64,000 bases of DNA, from NCBI RefSeq assembly GCF_003334405.1, contig NZ_QOWM01000012.1. One strand, 5' to 3'. This DNA is from Escherichia coli (GTDB lineage Bacteria > Pseudomonadota > Gammaproteobacteria > Enterobacterales > Enterobacteriaceae). Both the position numbers and the translations under genes were made by a program. Positions 10,190 to 17,633 of this stretch are shown here, piece by piece (within the stretch, counting starts at the first letter, position 1; every line of letters starts with the position of its first letter). The notes beneath the pieces were generated by a model. That model searched no databases. It was given only the letters and a program-made list of their open reading frames with translations, and was not told the origin of the DNA.

Positions 10190-10340
10190 TCGGATAAGAC
10201 GCGTCAGCGTCGCATCCGACAACAAGCGTGTGCACATTGCCCGATGCGCGTGTGGACGGTTTATAAACGGTTAATCAACCAAACTATGTGCACCGTCCAC
10301 TCGCTTATCGTGCCTACAAGGGCGTCAGCGTCGCATCCGA
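10190..10340. repeat. REP-like palindromic elements between lfgH and lfgG
   Basis: gtaggtcggataagacgcgtcagcgtcgcatccgac ... gcctacaagggcgtcagcgtcgcatccgac. Confidence 0.6.
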
Positions 10341-10349
10341 CATTTCGCC

Positions 10350-11135
10350 TTACAGCGTCTGGCTGATGTACTGCAACATATCGTCCGCCGCCGACACCAT
10401 TTTGGCGTTCATCTCGTACGCGCGTTGCACCGTAATCATCGCCACCATTTCGTTGACGATATCCACGTTCGAGCCTTCCAGTGCGTTGTCCTGCAAAGTG
10501 CCAAGCCCATCTTCGCCCGGCACACCTTCTGTCGGCTGACCGCTGGCGGCGGTTTCCAGATACAGGTTGTCGCCCTCGGCGGAAAGCCCCGCCGGGTTGG
10601 CGAAGTTAACCAGCGTCAGTTGCCCTAACTCGGTCGCGTCGCTGTCGCCGGGTAAGATCGCCGTCACTGTGCCATCCTCACCAAACGCGACGTTGGTGGC
10701 CCCTGCCGGAACGTCGATTTCCGGCTGCAACGGCAAGCCCTGCGAGTTGGTCAGCACGCCGTCGGCGTTCACCTGCAAGTTGCCATCGCGGATATAGGCG
10801 ATATCGCCGTTAGCCTTTTGCACCTGCAAAAATCCCTGCCCCATAATGGCGACATTCATCGCGTTGTCGGTGGTTTCGACGTTGCCTTCGGTGAAGGTTT
10901 TCTGGGTACCGACAATGCGCACGCCGCTACCGAATTGCAGCCCGGTCGGCATGATGTTGTTCTGGTCGAGCATCGCGCCCGGCGCTTCCTGGGTCTGGTA
11001 GAACAGATCCTGAAACATCACCCGGTCGCGCTTGAAGCCGGTGGTATTAACGTTGGCGATGTTGTTGGCAATCGCGCTCATTTCAGCATCCTGCGCCGAG
11101 AGGCCGGTTTTGCTGATCCATAATGCTGCGTTCAT
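10350..11135 (-). CDS. lfgG: Flagellar distal rod protein (FlgG-like)
   Basis: 261-aa ORF with FlgG-like N terminus (..WISKTGLSAQDAEMSAIANNIANVNTTGFK) and C terminus. Confidence 0.9.
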   Translation of the reverse strand: MNAALWISKTGLSAQDAEMSAIANNIANVNTTGFKRDRVMFQDLFYQTQEAPGAMLDQNNIMPTGLQFGSGVRIVGTQKTFTEGNVETTDNAMNVAIMGQGFLQVQKANGDIAYIRDGNLQVNADGVLTNSQGLPLQPEIDVPAGATNVAFGEDGTVTAILPGDSDATELGQLTLVNFANPAGLSAEGDNLYLETAASGQPTEGVPGEDGLGTLQDNALEGSNVDIVNEMVAMITVQRAYEMNAKMVSAADDMLQYISQTL

Positions 11136-11164
11136 GGTGGTAAATTCCGTGTTATTTTTGGGCC

Positions 11165-11212
11165 GCGGTTGCCGGATGCGGCGTGAACGCCTTATCCGGC
11201 CTACGATGTGCG
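11165..11212. repeat. REP element between lfgG and lfgF
   Basis: gccggatgcggcgtgaacgccttatccggcctac. Confidence 0.8.
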
Positions 11213-11213
11213 G

Positions 11214-11951
11214 TTACGAGCCGCGCAATAAGCGGTTGCCCGCGTCGCTGATATCTTCGGCGGTTTTCATCATCTTGATCTGCGCTTCGAACTGGCGGTT
11301 CATGGCGATGGACGACATCATTTCGCTCACCGCCGAGACGTTGCTGCCCTCGAGAAAACCGCCGCTGACTTTGATATTTTCATCGCGCTGGGCCGGAACG
11401 CCGTCCGCCGTTATCAACATCCCTTCAGGATTTTTCGCCAGGTTAGCGACCGGGATATCCACCAGCTTCAGGCGGTCGATATCCATCGTCGCGGTCACGT
11501 CGCCGTCATCGGGCGTCACCGACAGCGTGCCGTCGCTGCCAAACGAAGCAATGGCATTCGGCGGCAGAATGATCGGGCCGTTATCCCCCAGCACCAGATT
11601 GCCGTCGATGGCCAGTTGCCCCTGGTCGTCCTGCTGAATGTTGCCGTTGCGGGTATACACTTCGTTGCCGTTTTTATCCTGCACCGCAATGTAACCCGCG
11701 CCCTGAATCGCCACGTCCAGCGGGCGTTCGGTTTTCTCCGCTACACCCGTGCTGTCGTTCACGCCGCTGGCCCCTTCCTGCGCCATATAGCGCGTGTCGA
11801 AGCCGCCGCCTTTCACCTTGTCGTTGGTTGCCATTGCCATATCGGCGCGAAAACCGTTGGTGTTGACGTTCGCCAGGTTGTTGGCGCTAATCTGCTGCTC
11901 GTACAGGGTCTGAGAAGCACCGCTCAGGGCGGTATAAATCAGGCGGTCCAT
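11214..11951 (-). CDS. lfgF: Flagellar proximal rod protein (FlgF-like)
   Basis: 245-aa ORF with rod-protein N-terminal motif (..ANNLANVNTNGFR). Confidence 0.9.
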   Translation of the reverse strand: MDRLIYTALSGASQTLYEQQISANNLANVNTNGFRADMAMATNDKVKGGGFDTRYMAQEGASGVNDSTGVAEKTERPLDVAIQGAGYIAVQDKNGNEVYTRNGNIQQDDQGQLAIDGNLVLGDNGPIILPPNAIASFGSDGTLSVTPDDGDVTATMDIDRLKLVDIPVANLAKNPEGMLITADGVPAQRDENIKVSGGFLEGSNVSAVSEMMSSIAMNRQFEAQIKMMKTAEDISDAGNRLLRGS

Positions 11952-13153
11952 TACATTGCCTGGAACAGCGCGTCATCGAGCTGCGTGCTGGTAGCGATAA
12001 CTTTGGTGTTGGCCTGATAGTTACGCTGGGCGGTCATCAGGTTGACCAGTTCGCTGGTGATATCGACGTTAGAGCTTTCGAGCACGCCGGACGACAGCGT
12101 ACCGCAGGTACCGGAGCCGGGAACGCCAATCAGCGGGGTACCGGATTCCCCGGTTTGTACCCACGCGGTGCCGCTTACCGCTTCGAGTCCGTTTTCATTC
12201 GGGAAAGTCGCCAGCACCACCTGGCCCTGCAACATGCGCTCGCCGTTGCTGTAGGTAGCGTAAACTTTGCCATCGTCATCGACCTGCACACCGTTCTGAG
12301 TCGCGGAAGCGTAGCCGTTGGCGGCGTTGGTGGTGACCGAGAAGTCCGAGCCGTATTGCGTACAGGTCGAGTAATCGACGGTTAAGTCGATGGGTGCGGC
12401 GGCGTCGGTTTGAAATTCAATGGTCTGCGGCGTGGTTGGCGAGGTCAGCTTCCCGGTGTTCGGGTCGAAGGTTAACGTCGTCGCCGGAACACCAGTCTGC
12501 TGCTGACCGTCGAAGGTGTACTGCACTTCCCAGGTGTTATCGCTGGTTTTGGTGAAGTACTGGCATACCGAATGTTCGTTGCCTAATGAGTCATATACCG
12601 TGGTGGTGTAGCTGTCGGTGTACGAGCTGCTGTTGGTCGCATCAAACGGTACGGTTGTACGGTCGATAGCATCGTCGCTGGCATCGAAGTTGGCGGTAAA
12701 AGTCAGGCTGCTGCTGGCCTGCGCCGGGATATTGCCGGTTTTGATCTGGATATCGGTGACCGTACCGGTTTGCAGAGTGCCAGTGTCATCGACCGGATAG
12801 CCCTGCAAATAAGCGCCCGAGGCGTTGACGATATAGCCGTTTTTGTCGGTTTCAAACGATCCGGCGCGGGTGTAGGAAATGTTGCCCGCGCTGTCGCAGG
12901 TAACAAAAAAGCCGTCGTCGTTAATCGCCAGATCCAGCGCGTTACCGGTGGAGACCAGCGAACCGCCGCGCGAAATGCTCTGCGCCGTACCCGCCACGCT
13001 GACGCCCATCGCCTGACTTCCGGCATACATAGCTGAAAACTGAGTGGTCATCGACTTATAGCCCACCGTTCCGGCGTTGGCGATGTTGTTACTGATCCCG
13101 TCCAGTTGTTCGTTAACGGCATTCAGCCCCGTCGCGGCAATTTCATAACTCAT
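11951..13153 (-). CDS. lfgE: Flagellar hook protein (FlgE-like)
   Basis: 400-aa ORF with FlgE-like termini. Confidence 0.9.
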   Translation of the reverse strand: MSYEIAATGLNAVNEQLDGISNNIANAGTVGYKSMTTQFSAMYAGSQAMGVSVAGTAQSISRGGSLVSTGNALDLAINDDGFFVTCDSAGNISYTRAGSFETDKNGYIVNASGAYLQGYPVDDTGTLQTGTVTDIQIKTGNIPAQASSSLTFTANFDASDDAIDRTTVPFDATNSSSYTDSYTTTVYDSLGNEHSVCQYFTKTSDNTWEVQYTFDGQQQTGVPATTLTFDPNTGKLTSPTTPQTIEFQTDAAAPIDLTVDYSTCTQYGSDFSVTTNAANGYASATQNGVQVDDDGKVYATYSNGERMLQGQVVLATFPNENGLEAVSGTAWVQTGESGTPLIGVPGSGTCGTLSSGVLESSNVDITSELVNLMTAQRNYQANTKVIATSTQLDDALFQAM

Positions 13154-13199
13154 TGTGTCTTCCTGTTAATTCAAATTTTGACAGCGTGCCCGTTGTTTT

Positions 13200-13290
13200 G
13201 CCGGATGCGGCGTGAACACCTTATCCGGCCTACAAAACAATGCAGTTTCATGTAGGCCTGATAAGCGAAGCGCATCAGGCAATTTGGCAC
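13200..13290. repeat. REP element pair between lfgE and lfgD
   Basis: ccggatgcggcgtgaacaccttatccggcctac ... gtaggcctgataagcgaagcgcatcaggc. Confidence 0.8.
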
Positions 13291-13296
13291 CGGACA

Positions 13297-14010
13297 TCAC
13301 GCCACATCACTGTCGGCATCGGGTACGCCAAACTGGCTAATCATGGTGAACGGCACTTCGCCCACGCCTGCAACGTTGAGCACCGGAGAGCTGCCGTCGA
13401 GCGGGATGCGCACATCTTCTACTTCGCCGGAGACTTCAATCGGCACCTCTTCTTCGCCGGTGTTGGTCACCACCGAAACGTCGTAATCGCCCGGCGGGAT
13501 GCCGTAATCGGCGGGATCCACCGAGAAATCCACCTGGCCTGGCCCGACGGACGAACTACCTTGCGGGATCAGCGAGACGGTGTAGTCATCGCCTGCGGCA
13601 TCGGTAAAGTGGAGATCGGCGGTGGTACAGGCGTCGTCCAGCGTGGCGCGACCGTTAATGGTCTGGTCGCTGACCTGCAAGGCGGTGGTCTGCACCATAA
13701 TGTCGTCGCCCACCAGGTTGCCGAGCGCCATCACCTGAATGTTGCTCATCAGCACCGCGTTGGTGTTGGCCTGCACGCTCATCTCTTCCATCATCGCCAC
13801 CTGCGCCATCGACGAAAGCTGGTCGATATATTCGGTGGCGTCGGTTGGGTCGGTCGGGTCCTGGTTTTGGATCTCGGCGACAAACAGCGTCAGGAAGGTA
13901 TCGACGGGCGAGCTATCGCTGCTGCTTGTCGTGTCGCTGGCCGCCACATTATTGCTTTCCGCCGTGGCGGTCGGCTGCGGCGATTGCGCATTCAGCGCCA
14001 GGGTATTCAT
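13297..14010 (-). CDS. lfgD: Flagellar hook capping/assembly protein (FlgD-like)
   Basis: 237-aa ORF with FlgD-like N-terminal region, between FlgC and FlgE homologues. Confidence 0.85.
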   Translation of the reverse strand: MNTLALNAQSPQPTATAESNNVAASDTTSSSDSSPVDTFLTLFVAEIQNQDPTDPTDATEYIDQLSSMAQVAMMEEMSVQANTNAVLMSNIQVMALGNLVGDDIMVQTTALQVSDQTINGRATLDDACTTADLHFTDAAGDDYTVSLIPQGSSSVGPGQVDFSVDPADYGIPPGDYDVSVVTNTGEEEVPIEVSGEVEDVRIPLDGSSPVLNVAGVGEVPFTMISQFGVPDADSDVA

Positions 14011-14441
14011 CAGGCTTCTCCCAGTTTCAGCAAACTTTGCTGCATACTTTTCACGTTGTTGAGCACATCGACATTGGTTTCGAAATCGCGCGAAGCCGAC
14101 ATCATGTCCGCCATCTGTTCCACCACGTTGACGTCGGGATACCAGACATCCCCGTTAGCATCCGCCAGAGGTGAATGCGGTTCATAGCGTTTCACCGCCC
14201 CGCCGGTTTGCAGCACGTCCTGCACCTGCACGCTGGCAGCGTCAATGGCATGACGATGTGTACCCGCCAGCAAGCTGTGGTGATACACCGCCGCAAACAC
14301 CGGGCTGCGCGCTTTATACGCCTGCGCCTCGCTACCGGCAGGCGCCTCGGCGTTCGCCAGGTTACTGGCGACGGTATTCAGGCGAATGGTCTGTGCCGTC
14401 ATCGCCGAGCCGGAAATCTGATAGATATCAGTAAATGACAT
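14010..14441 (-). CDS. lfgC: Flagellar proximal rod protein (FlgC-like)
   Basis: 143-aa ORF, MSFTDIYQISGSAMTAQTIRLNTVASNLANA.., FlgC-like; reading frame intact. Confidence 0.9.
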   Translation of the reverse strand: MSFTDIYQISGSAMTAQTIRLNTVASNLANAEAPAGSEAQAYKARSPVFAAVYHHSLLAGTHRHAIDAASVQVQDVLQTGGAVKRYEPHSPLADANGDVWYPDVNVVEQMADMMSASRDFETNVDVLNNVKSMQQSLLKLGEA

Positions 14442-14443
14442 GC

Positions 14444-14779
14444 TTATTTCCCTTCAATGGCCTCTCTGATGCCGCTGATTTGCAGATTCAGAAAGGTCAG
14501 ACTGCTTTGATAATCCATACTATTTTGTGAAAACCGCGCCTGTTCGCTGTTCAGCTCCACGGTGTTGCCATCTTCCGACGGCTGCATCGGCACGCGGTAC
14601 TGGACATCCACCGCCGCGTTATTTGCCCGTTGCATCTCCCTGGCAAAATCAATATCTTTAGCCTTGAAATTTGGCGTATCGACGTTCGCCAGATTCGCAG
14701 TCAGTAGCTCGGTCCTCTCAAGACGTAACTTCACTGCCTGCGGATGTACTCCCAATGCCTGTTGAAAACTGATCCCCAT
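14444..14779 (-). CDS. lfgB: Flagellar proximal rod protein (FlgB-like)
   Basis: FlgB-like sequence from MGISFQQAL.. (ATG 14779, RBS AGGAGT); the track ORF start at 14809 would place the sigma54 transcription start inside the CDS. Confidence 0.85.
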   Translation of the reverse strand: MGISFQQALGVHPQAVKLRLERTELLTANLANVDTPNFKAKDIDFAREMQRANNAAVDVQYRVPMQPSEDGNTVELNSEQARFSQNSMDYQSSLTFLNLQISGIREAIEGK

Positions 14780-14816
14780 TTCCTGCGTCACTCCTGCTTC
14801 AATCCGCATACGCTAA

Positions 14817-14832
14817 GCAATCGCCGTGCCAT
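14817..14832 (-). promoter_or_regulatory. sigma54 (-24/-12) promoter of the lfgB rod/hook operon
   Basis: Minus strand reads TGGCACG-gcga-TTGCT (plus-strand agcaatcgccgtgcca), an exact match to TGGCACG-N4-TTGCW, about 35 bp upstream of the lfgB ATG and followed by an AGGAGT RBS. Confidence 0.7.
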
Positions 14833-14860
14833 TTTTTAAGTGACTGATGAGAAAGGGTTT

Positions 14861-15598
14861 ATGAGTTTTCAATTTTGCAGGCGGAAGTTTTATTTCCTCC
14901 TGGCGCTGGCCTTACCGGGCTACGCCGCCGTCCACCCCGTGCAGCACAGCGCGCGGGAACAAGTCAACGCCCAGGTGCTGAATGCCGCGAGCCAAAAAAT
15001 TGAATCGCTGGCGCAACAGCGGCAGTGGCATGACTATCACTACACCTTTAAGGTCTACATTCCCTCGCAGATTGCGACCGCCGCGCCCTGTGCGACTACA
15101 CCCGGCGTTACGCTCACTTCGCCTGCGGAAATCGCCCTCAACCGGATGAACTTCACCGTCAGTTGCCCGCAAAGCTGGCAGATGAACGTGGCGGTGCGCC
15201 CGGATGTGCTGGTGCCGGTGGTGATGACAAAGTCACTGGTTGCCCGCGATACGCCGCTCACGGCAAATGATGTGGAGTTGAAGCCCTACAACGTCAGCGC
15301 CCAGCGCAGGGAGGTGTTGATGGAACTCGATGACGCGATTGGTTTCAGCAGTAAACACGCGCTGCAACCAGGCAGGCCAATCACCAAAGAAGAGCTGGTG
15401 TCTCCGGTGCTGGTCGGGCGCGATCAGCCGGTGATGATTGTTTACCAGAGCGCGGGGATCACCGCCTCGATGCCCGGCGTGGCGCTGAAAAATGGTCGCA
15501 AAGGCGAGATGGTGAAAGTGCGTAACGCCAGCAGCCAGCGGGTCATCAGCGCGATGGTGGCGGAAAGCGGCGTGGTGACAACGGTAAGCGCGGAGTAA
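14861..15598 (+). CDS. lfgA: Flagellar P-ring assembly chaperone (FlgA-like)
   Basis: Signal-peptide-bearing ORF divergent from lfgB; ATG 14861 has a better RBS than the GTG at 14840; the C-terminal region resembles FlgA. Confidence 0.7.
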   Translation: MSFQFCRRKFYFLLALALPGYAAVHPVQHSAREQVNAQVLNAASQKIESLAQQRQWHDYHYTFKVYIPSQIATAAPCATTPGVTLTSPAEIALNRMNFTVSCPQSWQMNVAVRPDVLVPVVMTKSLVARDTPLTANDVELKPYNVSAQRREVLMELDDAIGFSSKHALQPGRPITKEELVSPVLVGRDQPVMIVYQSAGITASMPGVALKNGRKGEMVKVRNASSQRVISAMVAESGVVTTVSAE

Positions 15599-15612
15599 TT
15601 TGCGCTGGCGAT

Positions 15613-15641
15613 TAAAGTTTTGCCGCCTGTTAACCGCTTTA
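15613..15641 (+). promoter_or_regulatory. Candidate sigma28-like promoter for lfgM-lfgN
   Basis: Exact -35 TAAAGTTT at 15613-15620, then a partial -10 (ACCGCTTT, spacer 12) versus GCCGATAA; 38 bp upstream of the lfgM ATG. Confidence 0.35.
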
Positions 15642-15678
15642 CCGGAGTAACCCACCCAAATACCGAGACGAGGTTGCG

Positions 15679-15957
15679 ATGAAAATCACCCCGACTATGC
15701 CAGGCAATCGCCCAACAACCACAACGGCAGGCTCCAGCCAGCCGCGCAAAACCACGGCGACCACCACCACGACGCTGAGCGCCGACGACATTACTCAGGC
15801 GGGATTGCAGTCTGCCCAGCAAACGCTGAACGACCAGCAAGAGAGCGATATCGACAGCAACAAAGTGGCGCAAGTGCAGGCGATGCTGGCGTCCGGCAGC
15901 CCGCAAGTGGACACTGAACAGTTAGCCAGCGACATGCTGAGTTTTTTCCAGAACTAA
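15679..15957 (+). CDS. lfgM: Anti-sigma-28 factor (FlgM-like)
   Basis: 92-aa ORF with Thr-rich N terminus and FlgM-like C-terminal helix region; position before the FlgN-like gene. Confidence 0.7.
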   Translation: MKITPTMPGNRPTTTTAGSSQPRKTTATTTTTLSADDITQAGLQSAQQTLNDQQESDIDSNKVAQVQAMLASGSPQVDTEQLASDMLSFFQN

Positions 15958-15969
15958 GAGGCCGATGAA

Positions 15970-16398
15970 GTGAGTATCCGGTTACAACAGGTGAAGGCGT
16001 TGTTGCAGGGAATTCGTGACGACGACGCGCTGTATGATTCCCTGCGCGAACGTCTCCAGCGCCAGCGGATCTGCATGATTCGCCGCGCCAGCGAGGAGTT
16101 GCTGGCGGTAAACGATGAGATTACGCATCACTATGAGCAGTTACACAGCCATAGCCATCAGCGGCATAGCCTGCTGAAAATGCTCGGTGTTAGCGTAAAT
16201 CGTGACGGTCTGGCGCAGGTGTTTGCCTGGCTTCCGGCGGTACAAAAAGCGGCAGCACAACAATTGTGGCAACACCTTGAGCAAAAAGCGGAACGCTGCA
16301 AAGCCTACAACGATAAAAACGGCGAGTTGTTGATTCGCCAGTATGAATTTATTCAGTCGTTTTTAGGCAGCGAAGCAGATTTTCTGTATCAGGAATAA
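15970..16398 (+). CDS. lfgN: Flagellar export chaperone (FlgN-like)
   Basis: 142-aa helical ORF, GTG start, directly downstream of the FlgM-like gene. Confidence 0.65.
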   Translation: MSIRLQQVKALLQGIRDDDALYDSLRERLQRQRICMIRRASEELLAVNDEITHHYEQLHSHSHQRHSLLKMLGVSVNRDGLAQVFAWLPAVQKAAAQQLWQHLEQKAERCKAYNDKNGELLIRQYEFIQSFLGSEADFLYQE

Positions 16399-16525
16399 CG
16401 ACAATACCTTCCCCCATCGCGGAAACGGATTTTCCGCCTGATTGCCAATCCCTTGTTTTTGACTACAAAAAATCCCGGCACGCTTATTGCACATCCTGCA
16501 CAGCATTAAAGACTGGAAGCCACCT

Positions 16526-17455
16526 ATGAGTTTTATTGAATGTTACGAACCGGAATACGTGCGCAATTTTATGACGCAATACCCCGGTTCGCCTTTATAC
16601 GTCCGCAAGGTGTGGAAAAACGAGATTCGCCTGAGCCTGATGCTGACAGAGCCAGAAAGCTGCGAAGCGATGCTCAACGATGTCAGGGCCTTTGATTTAC
16701 AGCTCACCTACCGTCCTGTGGAAGAAAATGCCGCAGAGCTTTCCGCGCGCGATGCGATAGTAAACCAGGTGATTTTGAGTACCCTCACGCTCCGTGATTT
16801 AACACCAGAACTGTCATTGTATGCCGTCGGTATCCTGCTCTCCCGCGCCAGTAAAATGCCGGGCAGAGACGGAGATATTCTTGCCCGTTTGACGACGCTG
16901 CCGCAGGCGCTGGCCGATCATGCGAAAAAAGGCATCCTACAGGCACAGTTCGCCCAGCTGCCGCCCGTGCCACAGCTGGTGCGTCACCTGGCCACGTTAC
17001 TCGGGAGTTTTACGTTTGACTGGTCGATTTTGCCGGAAAGCCCGCGCAAAACTTCGCTGCCGTTGCAGATGCCTTTGCTGACGCTGCATGACGCTAACAG
17101 CGAAGCCCTGTTACAACAGCAGCTTCAGACGCAGTGGCAAACCACCTGGCAACAGCATTTTGCCACCGCGCCCTGGATGATGCGTAACTGGCTGATTTAC
17201 CGCGTTTACCACGATGTGATTGGGCAGACTGACGGGGCGGATTATTTCCCGCTGGTGTGCGATTTTTATCTCCTCCGCACGTTAATCAGTTTATGGACGC
17301 TGGATGGTTCTTCGCTGCGGCAGGAGGATATTTTCGCCCTCTTTGCCATGTTTGAACGCTGGCGAGCCAGTGAAAATGCGCTGTTGGTTCGCCAGCAAAT
17401 TCAGTCGTTATGTGCCGCCGACCCGCTGCTTTCAGCGTTTTCGCTGCTAACGTGA
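16526..17455 (+). CDS. Hypothetical protein in the flagellar modification island
   Basis: 309-aa ORF from MSFIECYEPEYVRNF.. (RBS GGAAG); Gln/Leu-rich, no family recognised by eye; codirectional with lfgN and the glycosyltransferase gene. Confidence 0.5.
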   Translation: MSFIECYEPEYVRNFMTQYPGSPLYVRKVWKNEIRLSLMLTEPESCEAMLNDVRAFDLQLTYRPVEENAAELSARDAIVNQVILSTLTLRDLTPELSLYAVGILLSRASKMPGRDGDILARLTTLPQALADHAKKGILQAQFAQLPPVPQLVRHLATLLGSFTFDWSILPESPRKTSLPLQMPLLTLHDANSEALLQQQLQTQWQTTWQQHFATAPWMMRNWLIYRVYHDVIGQTDGADYFPLVCDFYLLRTLISLWTLDGSSLRQEDIFALFAMFERWRASENALLVRQQIQSLCAADPLLSAFSLLT

Positions 17456-17457
17456 GT

Positions 17458-17600
17458 CGCTCTGTGCGCGCTTTGCCCCTCACCCTAACCCTCTCCCCAA
17501 AGGGGCGAGGGGACCGATCGAGCACAGTGTTAAAATCGGCGCTGATTTTCTCCCTCTCCCTGTGGGAGAGGGTTGGGGTGAGGGCATCAGCGCGCACATT
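17458..17600. repeat. GC-rich imperfect inverted repeat, boxC-like intergenic element
   Basis: gcccctcaccctaaccctctccccaaaggggcgagggg ... ctctccctctccctgtgggagagggttggggtgagggc; the family assignment is from memory. Confidence 0.4.
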
Positions 17601-17633
17601 CATCACATTCACCCATTAACTCACCCAAACACC

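Noticed and set aside
13240-14187. 315-aa ORF on the + strand antisense to lfgD/lfgC
   Set aside because: His/Arg-rich, low-complexity translation lying entirely within well-supported flagellar genes on the opposite strand; typical spurious antisense ORF in GC-rich coding DNA.
17562-17633. Track-predicted N-terminal extension of the glycosyltransferase (MGEGWGEGISAHIHHIHPLTHPNT)
   Set aside because: It lies inside the GC-rich inverted repeat and has no RBS; ATG 17634 immediately after the repeat is the more plausible start.
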